Positions 8,834 through 18,065 of a DNA stretch of 64,000 bases are shown one piece after another. The stretch's first letter is position 1. The number at the start of each line of letters is the position of its first letter. The notes below the pieces were generated by a model. It was given only the letters and a program-made list of their open reading frames with translations, was not told the origin of the DNA and did not search any database. This DNA is from a virus, in IMG/VR virus record IMGVR_UViG_2920962495_000002, positions 2,873 to 66,872 of that record. One strand, 5' to 3'. The translations under genes were made by a program, and so were the position numbers.

Positions 8834-9753
8834 GATACCACGGTCGTATTAACTATGTTAAATGCCACGAGTGGGGTTTAAACGTCGCTCAAGGCGCTTT
8901 GTTTGACTTGCTTAACGAATCTAGCTCATGGGCTAAAACGCATATCGTAGGCGAAGATGTTTACTACTGGGTTTCACGAAACAAGGTACTGGATGAACTG
9001 CCAGTCGTCTATAAAAAAGCCGACACTGTTTATCGTAATTTAAAAGTTTTAGAAGAAAAGTGCTTAATTGTGTACATCAAAGAAGGCGTAAAAGACCTTG
9101 TTATGTTGACTGAAAAAGGTAAGACATGGAACGCAAAAATCAACTCGGATTTAAATCCGAGTAACGGTGAAACGGACAAAAACACGGATATAAATCCGAG
9201 TAAGGTCGGAAATAAATCCGAGAATACAGGTAAAAACACGGATGTAAATCCGACAGATAAGGATACCAATATTAATAAGGTTACCAGTAATAAGAATACC
9301 AGTGACAGTGATAATTCAGGTGATTGGATTGATGAAAGTTTTGAAGAGTTCTATGAACTTTACCCAAACAAGAAGGGCAAGGGACAAGCAGAGAAGACTT
9401 GGAATAACGTATTCACAGGTAAAGGCAGCCACAAGAAACCAAGCAATCCAGTTGAGCTTTTTGAAACGATCATGATTGCTGTAAAAGCACAGACACCCAT
9501 CATTCTTGCTTCAGAACCACGTTATAGAAAACATCCTAGCACTTGGTTGAACGCTAAGGCGTGGCTTGATGAGATAGAACACCCACAGCCAACAAACAAC
9601 TTTCAGGGGAACGGATATGCAAACAACCAATCAGCTAACAACAAACCTCGCAGAGAAACTACAGAAGAATACAAACAGCGGATGCAGCGAGAGTTTAACG
9701 AAGAGTTTGGAATCGAAGTACAGCCCGACAGCCATACAGACTGCTACAGCTAA
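8830..9753 (+). CDS. Lambdoid replication initiator (O-like)
   Basis: N-terminal wHTH-like region, internal iteron block, FEEFYELYPNKKGK and YRKHPSTWLN motifs; ATGA overlap with the HNH gene. Confidence 0.8.
   Translation: MRYHGRINYVKCHEWGLNVAQGALFDLLNESSSWAKTHIVGEDVYYWVSRNKVLDELPVVYKKADTVYRNLKVLEEKCLIVYIKEGVKDLVMLTEKGKTWNAKINSDLNPSNGETDKNTDINPSKVGNKSENTGKNTDVNPTDKDTNINKVTSNKNTSDSDNSGDWIDESFEEFYELYPNKKGKGQAEKTWNNVFTGKGSHKKPSNPVELFETIMIAVKAQTPIILASEPRYRKHPSTWLNAKAWLDEIEHPQPTNNFQGNGYANNQSANNKPRRETTEEYKQRMQREFNEEFGIEVQPDSHTDCYS
9144..9253 (+). repeat. Iteron array / putative replication origin inside the O-like gene
   Basis: Four CGGA-N2-TAAATCCGA units (9146, 9185, 9207, 9239); the first lies in the perfect palindrome CTCGGATTTAAATCCGAG. 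Confidence 0.8.
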
Positions 9754-10315
9754 AGTTTTAAATCTTTTTGCAGAACTCAAAGAAGAGTACGGCGCATTGT
9801 TTGACAACAAAGAACATCGTTACACGCCAGCCAAGGCACGCGAATGGGCAGTTGAGCTACTAGAGTCAGGTATCAACGGCGAACAGTACCAACGTGGACG
9901 CTGGCAAGCAATGAAGCAGCAGGATTATCCAGTAGAGCGAGCTTACAAGTTTATCAAGCTATGCAAGCAAGGTGAGATTGATACGTACCCCTCAGCCACA
10001 GAAGCTTTTGATAACGCTTGCAGTCAAAGCGGCTTGATCGAAGACAAGTACGTCAAGCGTCAGTGGCTCCACGATGTCGTACAGCTAACAGCGCACAGAG
10101 TTGGCATGGGTAGGCTCAAAACCGCAGACAACAAGTTTCTGAGCTATTTCAGCAAGGTTTATGAGCAGGTTTGCAGCGAGCATGAGGCTGGCACGTTGTC
10201 TTTAGTGCCAGTAGAGCGTCAGATTGCACACAGTCATCATCCAGTGCAGGCAGGTAGTGAGGTGGATAAGAAGATCAGTGAGCAGTTGGCAGAGTTGCGG
10301 AGGGTGGCGGTGTGA
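9617..10315 (+). CDS. Replication protein P-like / helicase-loader-position protein
   Basis: Directly follows the O-like gene; YPSATEAFDNAC...WLHDVVQL pattern. Confidence 0.55.
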   Translation: MQTTNQLTTNLAEKLQKNTNSGCSESLTKSLESKYSPTAIQTATAKVLNLFAELKEEYGALFDNKEHRYTPAKAREWAVELLESGINGEQYQRGRWQAMKQQDYPVERAYKFIKLCKQGEIDTYPSATEAFDNACSQSGLIEDKYVKRQWLHDVVQLTAHRVGMGRLKTADNKFLSYFSKVYEQVCSEHEAGTLSLVPVERQIAHSHHPVQAGSEVDKKISEQLAELRRVAV

Positions 10316-10782
10316 AGCTAATACTAGACCCTTGTTGCGGCAGCAGAATGTTTTGGTTTGATAAAAAGGATGAACGAGCGGTGTTTACAGACAAACGCAG
10401 TGAGCAGCACACGCTATGCGATGGCCGCGAATTGATTATCGAGCCAGATATGGTAATGGATTTTACCGACCTGCAGTTTGATGATGAGCAGTTTCACATG
10501 GTCGTTTTTGACCCGCCTCACTTGCGTAAAGCTGGCAAGGATTCATGGATGGCACTCAAGTACGGCAAACTCGATGAAACTTGGCCAATTATGATCAGAG
10601 ATGGTTTTGCGGAATGTTTCAGAGTGCTTAAGCCCAACGGCACATTGATATTCAAGTGGAATGAAGATCAGATTCCAGTAAAAGACATTTTGGCACTGAC
10701 AGACCAAAAGCCAGTAGTCGGGCATCGTAGCGGAAAGCGCTCAAACACTCATTGGATATGTTTTTTGAAGGAGGCAGTGTGA
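10312..10782 (+). CDS. Small SAM-dependent (DNA amino-) methyltransferase
   Basis: ILDPCCGSRMFW SAM motif, VVFDPPHL catalytic motif, FRVLKPNGTLIFKW. Confidence 0.85.
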   Translation: MKLILDPCCGSRMFWFDKKDERAVFTDKRSEQHTLCDGRELIIEPDMVMDFTDLQFDDEQFHMVVFDPPHLRKAGKDSWMALKYGKLDETWPIMIRDGFAECFRVLKPNGTLIFKWNEDQIPVKDILALTDQKPVVGHRSGKRSNTHWICFLKEAV

Positions 10783-11165
10783 AGGCGATAATACTAAATG
10801 ATGCTGAAAAAATAGGCGTCATTACTGGCAGAGTAACTCAGGCAAGAATGCCGATACCGCCTGATAAATACCCTAGTAGCGGATTGCACCACCCATCATT
10901 GGGGATTGATAGCAGGGTAGGTATTGGTACTGGTTTAAATATCAAAGTAACTGGCATTAGGATTGAGCGCATACAGGACATAAACGAGCAGGACGCTAGA
11001 GCTTGTGGATACCCTAAGCGCAAGGGCAGAAAAAGCGACCAGTCTCAGTTAAGCCTTGTGGATGATGTTCGTTATTTTGATGATGTGTGGGACGAAAAGT
11101 ACGGTCTAGGTGCTTATAAGAACAATGATTGGGTCTGGGTTATTGATTTTAAGAAGTGGGGTTAG
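10779..11165 (+). CDS. ASCH-related phage protein
   Basis: TGIRIERIQDINEQDARACG and W...YG...NDWVWVIDF. Confidence 0.6.
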   Translation: MKAIILNDAEKIGVITGRVTQARMPIPPDKYPSSGLHHPSLGIDSRVGIGTGLNIKVTGIRIERIQDINEQDARACGYPKRKGRKSDQSQLSLVDDVRYFDDVWDEKYGLGAYKNNDWVWVIDFKKWG

Positions 11166-11167
11166 GT

Positions 11168-11431
11168 ATGAGTAAACCAGACAGACACTTCATTGCCTTC
11201 GTGCATATCGACATGCCTTGGTGCAGCAGCCCGAAAGCATGGCAGCCAGTTTCTAACGATATTGTCTTATTTGAGCAGCCGGACATGCCAGCCTATGACG
11301 ATATTGTGAGTGCCGTTAAGCAGGCGTGTCCAGCAGCGGTTGGCGTCGTGCTGAATAATTTGCATGAGATCAGCCACACGGATTTTTTAAGTTTTATTAA
11401 GGGTAGCAAGGATTGGGAGGTGAGTGCGTGA
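11168..11431 (+). CDS. Hypothetical phage protein
   Basis: Tightly packed ORF in the early rightward operon. Confidence 0.55.
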   Translation: MSKPDRHFIAFVHIDMPWCSSPKAWQPVSNDIVLFEQPDMPAYDDIVSAVKQACPAAVGVVLNNLHEISHTDFLSFIKGSKDWEVSA

Positions 11432-11733
11432 AGAAGGACCCAGCCGACTACACGCCAGGCGAGCAGAAGTACCTAGCTCGCCAGCAAGCGCTCAAAGCTG
11501 GCAAGCCGAACGCCATGACGTACTTTAAAAACGTCGCAGTGACCAAGGCAGGAGATTTCGTGATTGGTTTGACATACAACATCGATTTACAGCGTTACTC
11601 ATGTAGCGCGATTGAGATTGACGGGGTGAGATTTAATGATCCGTGTCGGTGGGGTAAAGACGGTATCGCATTAGATAGTGATTTAAGCGACTTGGTGACG
11701 GGTTCGGTACATACATCAGTCAGAACGATTTAA
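11428..11733 (+). CDS. Hypothetical phage protein
   Basis: GTG start overlapping the previous stop, GGAGG SD. Confidence 0.55.
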   Translation: MKKDPADYTPGEQKYLARQQALKAGKPNAMTYFKNVAVTKAGDFVIGLTYNIDLQRYSCSAIEIDGVRFNDPCRWGKDGIALDSDLSDLVTGSVHTSVRTI

Positions 11734-11747
11734 AGACGAAGGAGGGT

Positions 11748-12224
11748 GTGAAATTGGCACGTAAAGCAGCAATTAGATGGTCGAATATCACTGAAAGTAA
11801 GGTTGGTCAGGCAAACGCTGCAAAAATAGCGCGATTATGGCCCGCAAAAGGCGCTAAAAAATCTAAGCATAATAATATTCCAGTCGTCATCGACGGCATA
11901 AGATTTGATAGCACGGGTGAAGGGGACCGCTACTGTCACTTAAAGCGATTTGAGAGGCAGGGACGGATCAGAGACATACGTTTGCAAGTACCGTTTGAGC
12001 TGACCCCTACGATGCGTGATGAGGCTGGCAAGATAACGCACAGGGCTATGAATTATATCGCTGACTTTGTTTATTTTAATATCGAAAAAGATTGCGAGGT
12101 GGTAGAGGACTTTAAGGGCAGGCGCACTAGAACTTATATCGATAAATCAAAACAGATGGCCCATAAGTACGGGATCATCATTTACGAAACCACGGTTAAA
12201 AACAATAAGGAATTTATTTTATGA
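11748..12224 (+). CDS. DUF1064-family PD-(D/E)xK nuclease-like protein
   Basis: SKHNNIPVVIDGIRFDS..E...QVPFEL...YIADFVY...VVEDFKG. Confidence 0.85.
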   Translation: MKLARKAAIRWSNITESKVGQANAAKIARLWPAKGAKKSKHNNIPVVIDGIRFDSTGEGDRYCHLKRFERQGRIRDIRLQVPFELTPTMRDEAGKITHRAMNYIADFVYFNIEKDCEVVEDFKGRRTRTYIDKSKQMAHKYGIIIYETTVKNNKEFIL

Positions 12225-13570
12225 GTGATGTTAAGAGGGGTTTTAGCTTTAACGTAAATAATTCGCCAATAACTACGGTTGTGGCAGATGGCAAGTTGTG
12301 GTTAGCGTTCTACCAGCTTGGTGAAGCGTTAGGGGTGGGTAATTTGCGTAAATCATTAACCAACCATGTGACTGACAGTGATCTGACTTACTTTTTGATG
12401 GAGAACGAGCATAGCGGCTTAAACCGCCATAGATTCATATCTGAAAAAGGGTGTTTCAGCATATTGCAAGGGCGGCGTGATGGTAAGACAGACAGCTTGA
12501 GATTGGCTATTAGGGATAGCATTGTGCCAGCGCTTAAAGCTGATCGGTTAAATATTGATCCTATTGATGTCGATAAAGATGCTGATTTAAACATCTATTA
12601 TTTTAATCTTAATAAAAAAAGATTAACGGCTGTCTTTATAGATAACGATATTTATTTTAGGAAAGGCGATGTGGCAGAGATTATTAAGATACACCAACCC
12701 GCTTTTGATAAGTATGTTAGAGAGCATGCCACTAAGAAAAGTGCTTGTTTATTAAATATACCTAACAAGGTCAATGTAACTACTAGAGCGTCTTTTGTAA
12801 GCAATAACGGGCTACGCCGCATTTTGATAGATAGGGGTGGCCAGCTTTGTGATGACTTGCGACAGTTTATCGCTATGACTGTTGTGCCTAAGATGACGCC
12901 CGCTATACCTGAGTCGCTGGCTAATGATAGCGAAGTAAAGACAACTATACCAAAAAAAGACTGCACAGCAACGTCTTGCCCGCTATGTGAAAGTCGGTGT
13001 CAGGCTGGCTCGACGGATAGCGGGTTTATTACGAATAACGGTGCTTGTTTAAGGTGTTGTTTTGGTAAAGGCAAGGAGGAGATTCAGGTAATGCTATTGG
13101 CTAAAGAAAAATTGAAAGACGACACATTCAACGATGACACGCCAGCGCAGACGTTTGGTCAATCGCTCAATGTTAGGTTTGATGCTGCTGTGGGTAGTGA
13201 TAGAGGTGCGGCGTTTTTCAATAAGGCGTATGACGCTGCAAGCGAGCGCATGAACGAGCACCAGTTGAGCGTGGAGTGTGATGCGCCCAAAGCCGCGCAG
13301 ATACTCAATGAGGCAGTGGCAACAATGGTTGAACGTGGCAAGTCATACGATAAAAATGGCAATGGTGCTGAACGTAGCATGGATAAGATTGTAGCTATGT
13401 TTGAGGCGTTGACGAGTATCAAGATGACACCAGCACAAGGTTATAAGTTTATGGCGTGTCTCAAGCTGGCAAGGTCAGAGCAGGGCGAGCACAAAGAAGA
13501 TAATTATCTTGACGGTGCCGCTTACATGGCGCTGGCAGGTGAGGCGTCTTGTAGCGAGGTGAGCGCATGA
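12221..13570 (+). CDS. Tandem BRO-N domains, Cys-rich linker and DUF6378-like C-terminal domain
   Basis: Two BRO-N-like starts (FSFNVNNSPITTVVADGKLW; YYFNLNKKRLTAVFIDNDIYF) and C-terminal ERGKSYD...LKLARS...DNYLDGAAY. Confidence 0.65.
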   Translation: MSDVKRGFSFNVNNSPITTVVADGKLWLAFYQLGEALGVGNLRKSLTNHVTDSDLTYFLMENEHSGLNRHRFISEKGCFSILQGRRDGKTDSLRLAIRDSIVPALKADRLNIDPIDVDKDADLNIYYFNLNKKRLTAVFIDNDIYFRKGDVAEIIKIHQPAFDKYVREHATKKSACLLNIPNKVNVTTRASFVSNNGLRRILIDRGGQLCDDLRQFIAMTVVPKMTPAIPESLANDSEVKTTIPKKDCTATSCPLCESRCQAGSTDSGFITNNGACLRCCFGKGKEEIQVMLLAKEKLKDDTFNDDTPAQTFGQSLNVRFDAAVGSDRGAAFFNKAYDAASERMNEHQLSVECDAPKAAQILNEAVATMVERGKSYDKNGNGAERSMDKIVAMFEALTSIKMTPAQGYKFMACLKLARSEQGEHKEDNYLDGAAYMALAGEASCSEVSA

Positions 13571-13797
13571 ATAAATTAATCACCAAAAGCTTGATAGCGT
13601 CAATGCCCCGCTGGGTTAAATGCTTAACTGTAGATAGTAACGGCAAGTTATGGGGTCACGAGGCTAGCAAGGCAGATTTGGAGTGCAACAAAGCTCGCCA
13701 TTATTGCGTTGATATGAGTAAGCGTGAGCAGTGTTTTGGACAAGGGTTTGACCGTAGGGATTGGCAGCACAGGGTTTTTGCGGTAGCACATAAATAA
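13567..13797 (+). CDS. Hypothetical phage protein
   Basis: 76 aa; ATGA overlap. Confidence 0.5.
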   Translation: MNKLITKSLIASMPRWVKCLTVDSNGKLWGHEASKADLECNKARHYCVDMSKREQCFGQGFDRRDWQHRVFAVAHK

Positions 13798-13924
13798 AAA
13801 ACGTCCAAGCTGGCAGGCAAGGACGTTTGGATATTACATAAGTTTTTGATCTGAACAACGATAGCGAGTTGATTATATCTGCATTGCAAAGTGGCTGCAA
13901 TGTTCATTATCTCAGGGATGCACT

Positions 13925-14647
13925 ATGGCTAAGCGACTAGGTTTTACTAAGCGTGATTTAAAAAGTATTAATGTGACTGTCGGTCTAAACTTGGCAGCGG
14001 CAAGGCGTAACGCTGGCATGAGTCAAACAGAGGTCATGCAAGCGGTATGGGGTGTGTCAAACAATCGCAATCGCATCAGCGAGATTGAAAACGGCAAGCA
14101 CAATCTATCGCTGGCAGACCTTCTTATTTTTCAAGATTTATATGGGCAATCAATGGATTATATCCTAGGCTTATCATGTGAGCCTGAGCTTGATATGCTG
14201 GCAGGTACGGTCAATCATGTGGTTAATCAGTCTCAAAGTCTTATTCAGATGCTAACGACTGAGCTTGCCAGCGTCATGGTGACTCATGTTAAATCTATCT
14301 GTAAAAACGACCACGAAGCATTGCTGGCCAGCGCAAAAAGGCTTTGCCAGACTGCTAAGACTGATAGCGCTAACACGGTAGTGGGTAGCCCTACTTATCA
14401 GGCGATAGGCGATGTTATGCAGGTTATTAGAGATATCGAGGTTAAGCAGGCAAGACAGGTGCAAGCCGTTGATATGCAGATGGCACAGATAGCCGCGCGT
14501 GTCGATAAAGAGGATCGACATAGATTGCTTGCAGATCGTGATAAGCATTATCAGTACAGCATACCGCTAGCCAAGCCTAAGACCTTGAATGACGATAGCT
14601 TTACCGCTAACCCTGACGATGTGTTTGTGGGGGTGGATTGTGGCTGA
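13925..14647 (+). CDS. XRE-family HTH regulator (candidate late-gene activator)
   Basis: LAAARRNAGMSQTEV...ISEIENGKHNLS HTH; last gene before the packaging/late region. Confidence 0.7.
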   Translation: MAKRLGFTKRDLKSINVTVGLNLAAARRNAGMSQTEVMQAVWGVSNNRNRISEIENGKHNLSLADLLIFQDLYGQSMDYILGLSCEPELDMLAGTVNHVVNQSQSLIQMLTTELASVMVTHVKSICKNDHEALLASAKRLCQTAKTDSANTVVGSPTYQAIGDVMQVIRDIEVKQARQVQAVDMQMAQIAARVDKEDRHRLLADRDKHYQYSIPLAKPKTLNDDSFTANPDDVFVGVDCG

Positions 14648-15497
14648 TTATATTACTGATGATGTTTGGGAGTCGGCACAATTAATATGGGAAAACACAC
14701 CAATCATTACTGACAGAGAGCTTGCTGACCAGCTTACCACTCATTTTGGTGAGGATGCGCCTAAGTCTCATACTTCGGTTGGTAGGAGGCGACGCAAAGA
14801 AGAGTGGGTTAAAAACAACCTCGTATCACCTAAAAAAAAGAGCATCAAAGGCAATAAAAAACACGCACCAAGCGAGCAAAACAAGCAGAATACTACGCAC
14901 CAAAAAGCACAAAAAACAAAGTTGGTGCGCTCTAAAACTAATAAAGCACAAAATGACCAAAAACCACGCACCAACGCACCAAAAAACGAAGTTATTAAGA
15001 AAATAACCGACAATATTGTCATGAGCGCAAAGCAACGCGCCACCATGATTATTAAACACCGTAAAAGATGGGAAAAACAAGGCGATATTCAAGACAATGT
15101 GGTTTCACTTTCGCTCAGTTTGCTTGATGATTTAGAGGACATAGACGCTGATCCTGAGACCATACAAAAAAAGATAGCAGTGATAAATATTTTGGCCAAC
15201 GCGCTCGATGTGACCACTCGTGCTTCAAAGACAATAAGCGAGGTAGAATTGCCTTTATGCGGAATCACCCCAGAGGACTTTAGCCAGTCCGATCAAGAAC
15301 GTCGCTTAGGAGCGCTTGAGGCATTGGGTGATATTGACGGGCAAGAACGAGAAGCAAGGGATAGATTGAAGGCTGAGCTTGATGATAGGCTTGAGTGGAT
15401 TAAGGAGACAGCCAGTAGCGGCGACTTTGGGCGCACGCCTGAGCCAGACGATGACGACGACATAGAAGAGATAGACTATACGCAAGTTGACGACTAA
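14640..15497 (+). CDS. Putative terminase small subunit (PacA-like)
   Basis: N-terminal HTH-like segment, basic repeat-rich linker, acidic tail. Assignment is by architecture and position only. Start may be 14589. Confidence 0.45.
   Translation: MADYITDDVWESAQLIWENTPIITDRELADQLTTHFGEDAPKSHTSVGRRRRKEEWVKNNLVSPKKKSIKGNKKHAPSEQNKQNTTHQKAQKTKLVRSKTNKAQNDQKPRTNAPKNEVIKKITDNIVMSAKQRATMIIKHRKRWEKQGDIQDNVVSLSLSLLDDLEDIDADPETIQKKIAVINILANALDVTTRASKTISEVELPLCGITPEDFSQSDQERRLGALEALGDIDGQEREARDRLKAELDDRLEWIKETASSGDFGRTPEPDDDDDIEEIDYTQVDD
14863..14982 (+). repeat. ACGCACCAA repeat cluster (candidate pac site)
   Basis: Direct copies at 14863, 14895, 14966, 14974 and an inverted TTGGTGCG at 14922, in A-tract-rich DNA. 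Confidence 0.5.
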
Positions 15498-15536
15498 GGA
15501 ACACCAAGGCGCTTAAACGCTGGCAAGTGCGATAAT
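15498..15536 (+). promoter_or_regulatory. Late promoter motif GGAACAC-N26-GATAAT
   Basis: One of 11 fixed-spacing copies; upstream of the tape-measure gene. Confidence 0.75.
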
Positions 15537-15569
15537 TGAGTGACTTAACACACATACAGGCACTCAATT

Positions 15570-18065
15570 ATGACTACCCTAAATTACGATGCTAACGGCT
15601 TTATCGTTGGCATTAATCGCATGAAGGACGGGATTGATAACGTCCATGATGATACGCAAGAGATCATTCAGATACTCAAGAGCCAAAACCAAATTGGCAA
15701 CACACGAATGCGAGAGCTTACCCGCGCTGTTAAATCCGCAAACTATCGTAGCGAATCACAAGCCAGCGCAAGCATAAGTCGCACGCGCTCAAGCTCGCTC
15801 GATAGACGCCCGCGTATACCCTCTTCAGCTAGTACCGATGGCACCAATAACCGTAATAGCAATAGATCATCTAGCGGTTCAGCTAGTCGCTCAACGATTA
15901 GCCGTGCCAGCTCAAGCGCAGCTGATCGTGGTAGCAATTCATCCGGCTCAAGTAATCGCAGTACAAGCTCAAGCAACAACTCACCCGATAATGCTCGACG
16001 TGAGCGTGATGCCAATGGGCGCTTTATATCGGATGGTAGTAATAGCAAAAGAGGTTTTGGCTTGCCTGGTGGTATGGGCGGCCTTAGTAATGATGTTAGC
16101 GGCATGGATCCGATGCTTGATAGTATTAGAGAGGCTAAAGAACTGCTATCTCCTATCGGACGCGCTGGCAAGCTTGCCGGACGCGGTGCTAAGTTCAGTT
16201 GGTCAAAGTTTAAGTCAATGAAGCGCCGAGAGCCATTGCCTAACGATGAGACGCGCCACAATCGTGAGAATGAGAAGTTATTAGATAAAATATGGAAGGC
16301 GATTAAAAAGCAAGGCAGTGGTGGTTCTGGTGGCGGCTTACTGGGTGGCTTACTGGGTGGCGGTGGTCGCAACAGACGCGGTGGTCGTGGTCGTCGCGGG
16401 CTTCTTGGTAGACTAGGCGGGTTAGGTGGCGGCTTAGTAAGAGGATTGGGTAGAAAGCTACCTTATATTGGGGCAGCGATTGGGGCAGGTTCGCTTGCTA
16501 TGGATTGGGACGGCCTCAATCACAAGGAGAAGAGCGCAGGTGTGGGCGGTGTTGCTGGTGGTGCTGGCGGCGCATTGGCAGGGGCAGCAGCAGGCGCGAC
16601 CATAGGTTCGGTTGTGCCAGTTATTGGCACGGCTATTGGTGGCATTATTGGCGGTGGTGTTGGTTACTGGCTTGGTAGCGGTGCAGGTGAAGCATTAGGC
16701 GCAGCGGCATCCCCTTATATTGAGGATTGGACGAACTCTATTACTGCTTATAACTTGCCTAAGAAAATGAGTGATACGTGGAATAATGGGGTTAAGCCGT
16801 TTTTTTCTAAGATATTAAAGACGGCTGGTGACTTTGGATCGTGGGTTAAGGACTTGCCGGCAGGTATTAAAGACTTCTTTGGGTTTGATGGTGGCGGCAA
16901 TGGCGCTCCAGCAGGAGAGGCGTTAAGGGCGGCAGACTACGCTATAAAAAATGCGGCTAATGAATCACTTGGCAAATGCGCTGAGTATGTTAATAACGCT
17001 TTTCAAGCGCAAGGATTAAAAGCTAGCGGCCACGGCGTTGATGTAGCAACAAATCTACGCAAGGGCAATGAAGGTAAGTTTGAGGACGTGGCCTATGATG
17101 AAAACTACCAACCGCAAGTTGGTGATGTTATGAGTATGCCATCAAGCAAGAAGTCTAAGCATAACTACGGTCACGCCGCGATCTACACTAAAGACGGTTG
17201 GGTTTCGGATTACAAGCAAGGCGAGAAGTACGGCAATACCGCAGCGCCTAACTCCGATTACTACGAGGATATCCAGTCAGGACGCATCAAGCCAACTATT
17301 AGCCGTATGATTAATAGCGAGGCTGTAGCAGCACCCAGAAGCTCGTCTACTATCGCTAAGAGTAACCAAGCGATGGACTTCTTTATGAGCAAAGGGTGGA
17401 CGAAAGAGCAAGCCGCTGGACTCGTTGCTAACTTACAAAAAGAAAGTCAGTTCGATCATAAGGCAAGTGGTGATAGTGGTAAAGCTTATGGCGTGGCTCA
17501 GTGGCATCCAGATAGACAAGCTAATTTTAAGAAGAAGTACGGTAAGAATATCAAACAAGCAACCTATGCCGAACAACTAGATTTTGTTGACTATGAGTTG
17601 ACTAAGGGCACAGAGCAGGCTGCTGGCAAGCGATTACGTAAGGCCACTAATGCGGCTCAAGCGGGTTCGGTGGTATCGCAGTATTATGAGCGCCCAAAAA
17701 ATGTAGAGAGTGAAAAAAGAGAACGTGCCGCGATTGCTGCTGGCATTGCCAATAGCCACTCAGTAAATACCAGTATTGCTAATAAGGCGAAGCCTAGTAG
17801 TAGCGCCACAGGCTTTAGCCTTGGTGGTATGACCAGTGCAAGCAGTCTTGCATCAACCGGTAGCTACAAACCTGCTAACTTGCCAGCCACACCCGTGCTA
17901 AAAATACCCGCCATGCCTAAGATTAAAGAACGACTAGACAGTGGTGGCAGCAATAAACCTGTTATATTGCAATCAAGTAATGATACAATTAATCAAAATT
18001 TGTCGGATAGAGGGTTAGCACATGCGGTTACAGGCGGCTTTGGTCAAGATAGGATGTGGGGTTAG
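15570..18065 (+). CDS. Tape-measure/structural lytic protein (P1 Sit-like) with CHAP-like and phage-tail-lysozyme domains
   Basis: Ser/Arg- and Gly/Ala-rich segments; GKCAEYV...YGHAAIY (Cys/His); GWTKEQAAGLVANLQKES...GVAQWHPDR...QLDFVDYEL. Confidence 0.75.
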   Translation: MTTLNYDANGFIVGINRMKDGIDNVHDDTQEIIQILKSQNQIGNTRMRELTRAVKSANYRSESQASASISRTRSSSLDRRPRIPSSASTDGTNNRNSNRSSSGSASRSTISRASSSAADRGSNSSGSSNRSTSSSNNSPDNARRERDANGRFISDGSNSKRGFGLPGGMGGLSNDVSGMDPMLDSIREAKELLSPIGRAGKLAGRGAKFSWSKFKSMKRREPLPNDETRHNRENEKLLDKIWKAIKKQGSGGSGGGLLGGLLGGGGRNRRGGRGRRGLLGRLGGLGGGLVRGLGRKLPYIGAAIGAGSLAMDWDGLNHKEKSAGVGGVAGGAGGALAGAAAGATIGSVVPVIGTAIGGIIGGGVGYWLGSGAGEALGAAASPYIEDWTNSITAYNLPKKMSDTWNNGVKPFFSKILKTAGDFGSWVKDLPAGIKDFFGFDGGGNGAPAGEALRAADYAIKNAANESLGKCAEYVNNAFQAQGLKASGHGVDVATNLRKGNEGKFEDVAYDENYQPQVGDVMSMPSSKKSKHNYGHAAIYTKDGWVSDYKQGEKYGNTAAPNSDYYEDIQSGRIKPTISRMINSEAVAAPRSSSTIAKSNQAMDFFMSKGWTKEQAAGLVANLQKESQFDHKASGDSGKAYGVAQWHPDRQANFKKKYGKNIKQATYAEQLDFVDYELTKGTEQAAGKRLRKATNAAQAGSVVSQYYERPKNVESEKRERAAIAAGIANSHSVNTSIANKAKPSSSATGFSLGGMTSASSLASTGSYKPANLPATPVLKIPAMPKIKERLDSGGSNKPVILQSSNDTINQNLSDRGLAHAVTGGFGQDRMWG

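Noticed and set aside
14722-16372. Several alternative-frame and antisense ORFs (e.g. 14768..15046, 14826..15092, 15743..16372)
   Set aside because: They arise from low-complexity A-rich or Gly/Ser-rich coding DNA; no RBS, motifs or operon logic.
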